A DNA stretch of 32,000 nucleotides from NCBI RefSeq assembly GCF_000015025.1, contig NC_008578.1, forward strand, positions 870,001 through 902,000, in the 5' to 3' direction. The notes below the pieces were generated by a model. It was not told where the DNA came from. It was given only the letters and a program-made list of their open reading frames with translations, and made no database searches. Positions 31,586 to 32,000 of the stretch are shown here, piece by piece (position 1 is the stretch's first letter; every line of letters begins with the position of its first letter). Source of the DNA: Acidothermus cellulolyticus 11B. Its GTDB lineage: Bacteria; Actinomycetota; Actinomycetes; Acidothermales; Acidothermaceae. A program made the position numbers and the translations under genes.

Positions 31586-31767
31586 GCACCGGAATAAGCT
31601 GGCATCGGCTGGAGAATAAGCGGGAATGGCCAGCGTATTTCCAGCTTATTCGCATGAACCATCGGGAAGCCTTTCCATATGGGCATCTTATGGAGAACCC
31701 ATATAAGGCGAAAATAAGTCGGCTCCATTCCGCCCTATCCCTCCCAAGAGGAGCGAAATTCACATGA
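31582..31767 (+). CDS. 61-codon ORF coupled at both ends (ATGA/ATGA); it may instead be a structured non-coding linker
   Basis: Its ATG overlaps the upstream stop, and its stop overlaps the downstream ATG. The segment is noticeably AT-richer and contains inverted repeats, so coding status is uncertain. Confidence 0.3.
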   Translation: MSTGISWHRLENKREWPAYFQLIRMNHREAFPYGHLMENPYKAKISRLHSALSLPRGAKFT

Positions 31768-32000
31768 ACCGGCAAAACAACCTTTTTGAAAACCAGGAGG
31801 CCAAAACCAGGGACCAGGAACCTGTCGAATGCCTTGGCAAGACCTTCGACTCCGACGAGGCGCGGCGGCAGCACTTCCTCCGCCTCTTGCGCGAAGGGCT
31901 GGAGGAACTCCACGCCAAGCTCGGCGGTGTGCCCTTCACCACGGTGGAAGACGCCGTGGAACGGATGAAGTCGGTCGAGAAATGGCCGATGGGAGGTGAG
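31764..32000 (+). CDS. N-terminus (79 codons, open at the window end) of a probable large DNA methyltransferase (PglXI-like)
   Basis: It is absent from the ORF track because no stop falls inside the window. My translation is MNRQNNLFENQEAKTRDQEPVECLGKTFDSDEARRQHFLRLLREGLEEL.... GAGGAG lies 10 nt upstream. The CLG.TF...EARR..F motif resembles N-termini of large N4/N6 methylases as I recall them. No catalytic motif is visible yet. Confidence 0.45.
   Translation, partial: MNRQNNLFENQEAKTRDQEPVECLGKTFDSDEARRQHFLRLLREGLEELHAKLGGVPFTTVEDAVERMKSVEKWPMGGE

Larger units (their letters stand above)
25276..32000 (+). other. Horizontally acquired defence island, left edge at the degenerate tRNA-Asn, continuing beyond the window
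   Basis: Similarity to the first tRNA flank ends abruptly at the CCA end. The GC content looks lower by eye and the codon usage differs from the core. The gene content is related to BREX. I saw no integrase in the window. Confidence 0.7.

Noticed and set aside
25276-32000. Calling the island an integrative mobile element (ICE or prophage-like)
   Set aside because: No integrase, transposase or second att repeat lies within the window. The small excisionase-family protein sits in operon position with brxF, so it is more likely a regulator. Only 'acquired island at a tRNA' is supportable.

Overview
This is a high-GC, actinobacterial-type chromosome segment with two distinct parts.

(1) Positions 1 to about 22,000 form a conserved housekeeping block, almost all on the + strand. 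In order it holds a HIT hydrolase, phoH-ybeY-CNNM/CorC, a small conserved ORF, era, leuA, recO, uppS, a CPBP protease (-), glyQS, an EspC/WXG-like pair (-), ppdK, dgt, an FAD oxidoreductase, a GNAT, a PhzF-like gene and dnaG. From memory, this order mirrors the Mycobacterium phoH..era..recO-uppS..glyS..dgt-dnaG-tRNA-Asn neighbourhood.

(2) Positions from about 23,300 to 32,000 are an accessory region anchored on tRNA-Asn.
- An intact tRNA-Asn(GTT) and a degenerate second copy 1.86 kb downstream bracket a two-gene lipoprotein/secreted-protein cassette with odd base composition.
- Right after the degenerate copy, the sequence looks lower in GC and carries a same-strand, tightly packed defence operon that runs off the window end.
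- The operon order is: small excisionase-family HTH, BrxF-like P-loop protein, 1243-aa BrxC-like (DUF6079-type) P-loop protein, COG2865 AlbA_2/HATPase_c_4 protein, a 61-codon coupled ORF in an AT-richer structured linker, and the N-terminus of a probable DNA methyltransferase.

My reading is that the core is a BREX type 3-like system, which is a known family. The unusual parts are the embedded COG2865 gene, the structured linker or micro-ORF, and the tRNA-duplication architecture. No integrase, PglZ or helicase lies within the window.

Other points worth a second look:
- a candidate leaderless Leu-rich leader peptide upstream of leuA
- duplication of the 3-prime end plus stop codon downstream of era, leuA and dnaG
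- several tandem repeats, both intergenic and in-frame

All family assignments come from motif recognition by eye and need HMM/BLAST confirmation.
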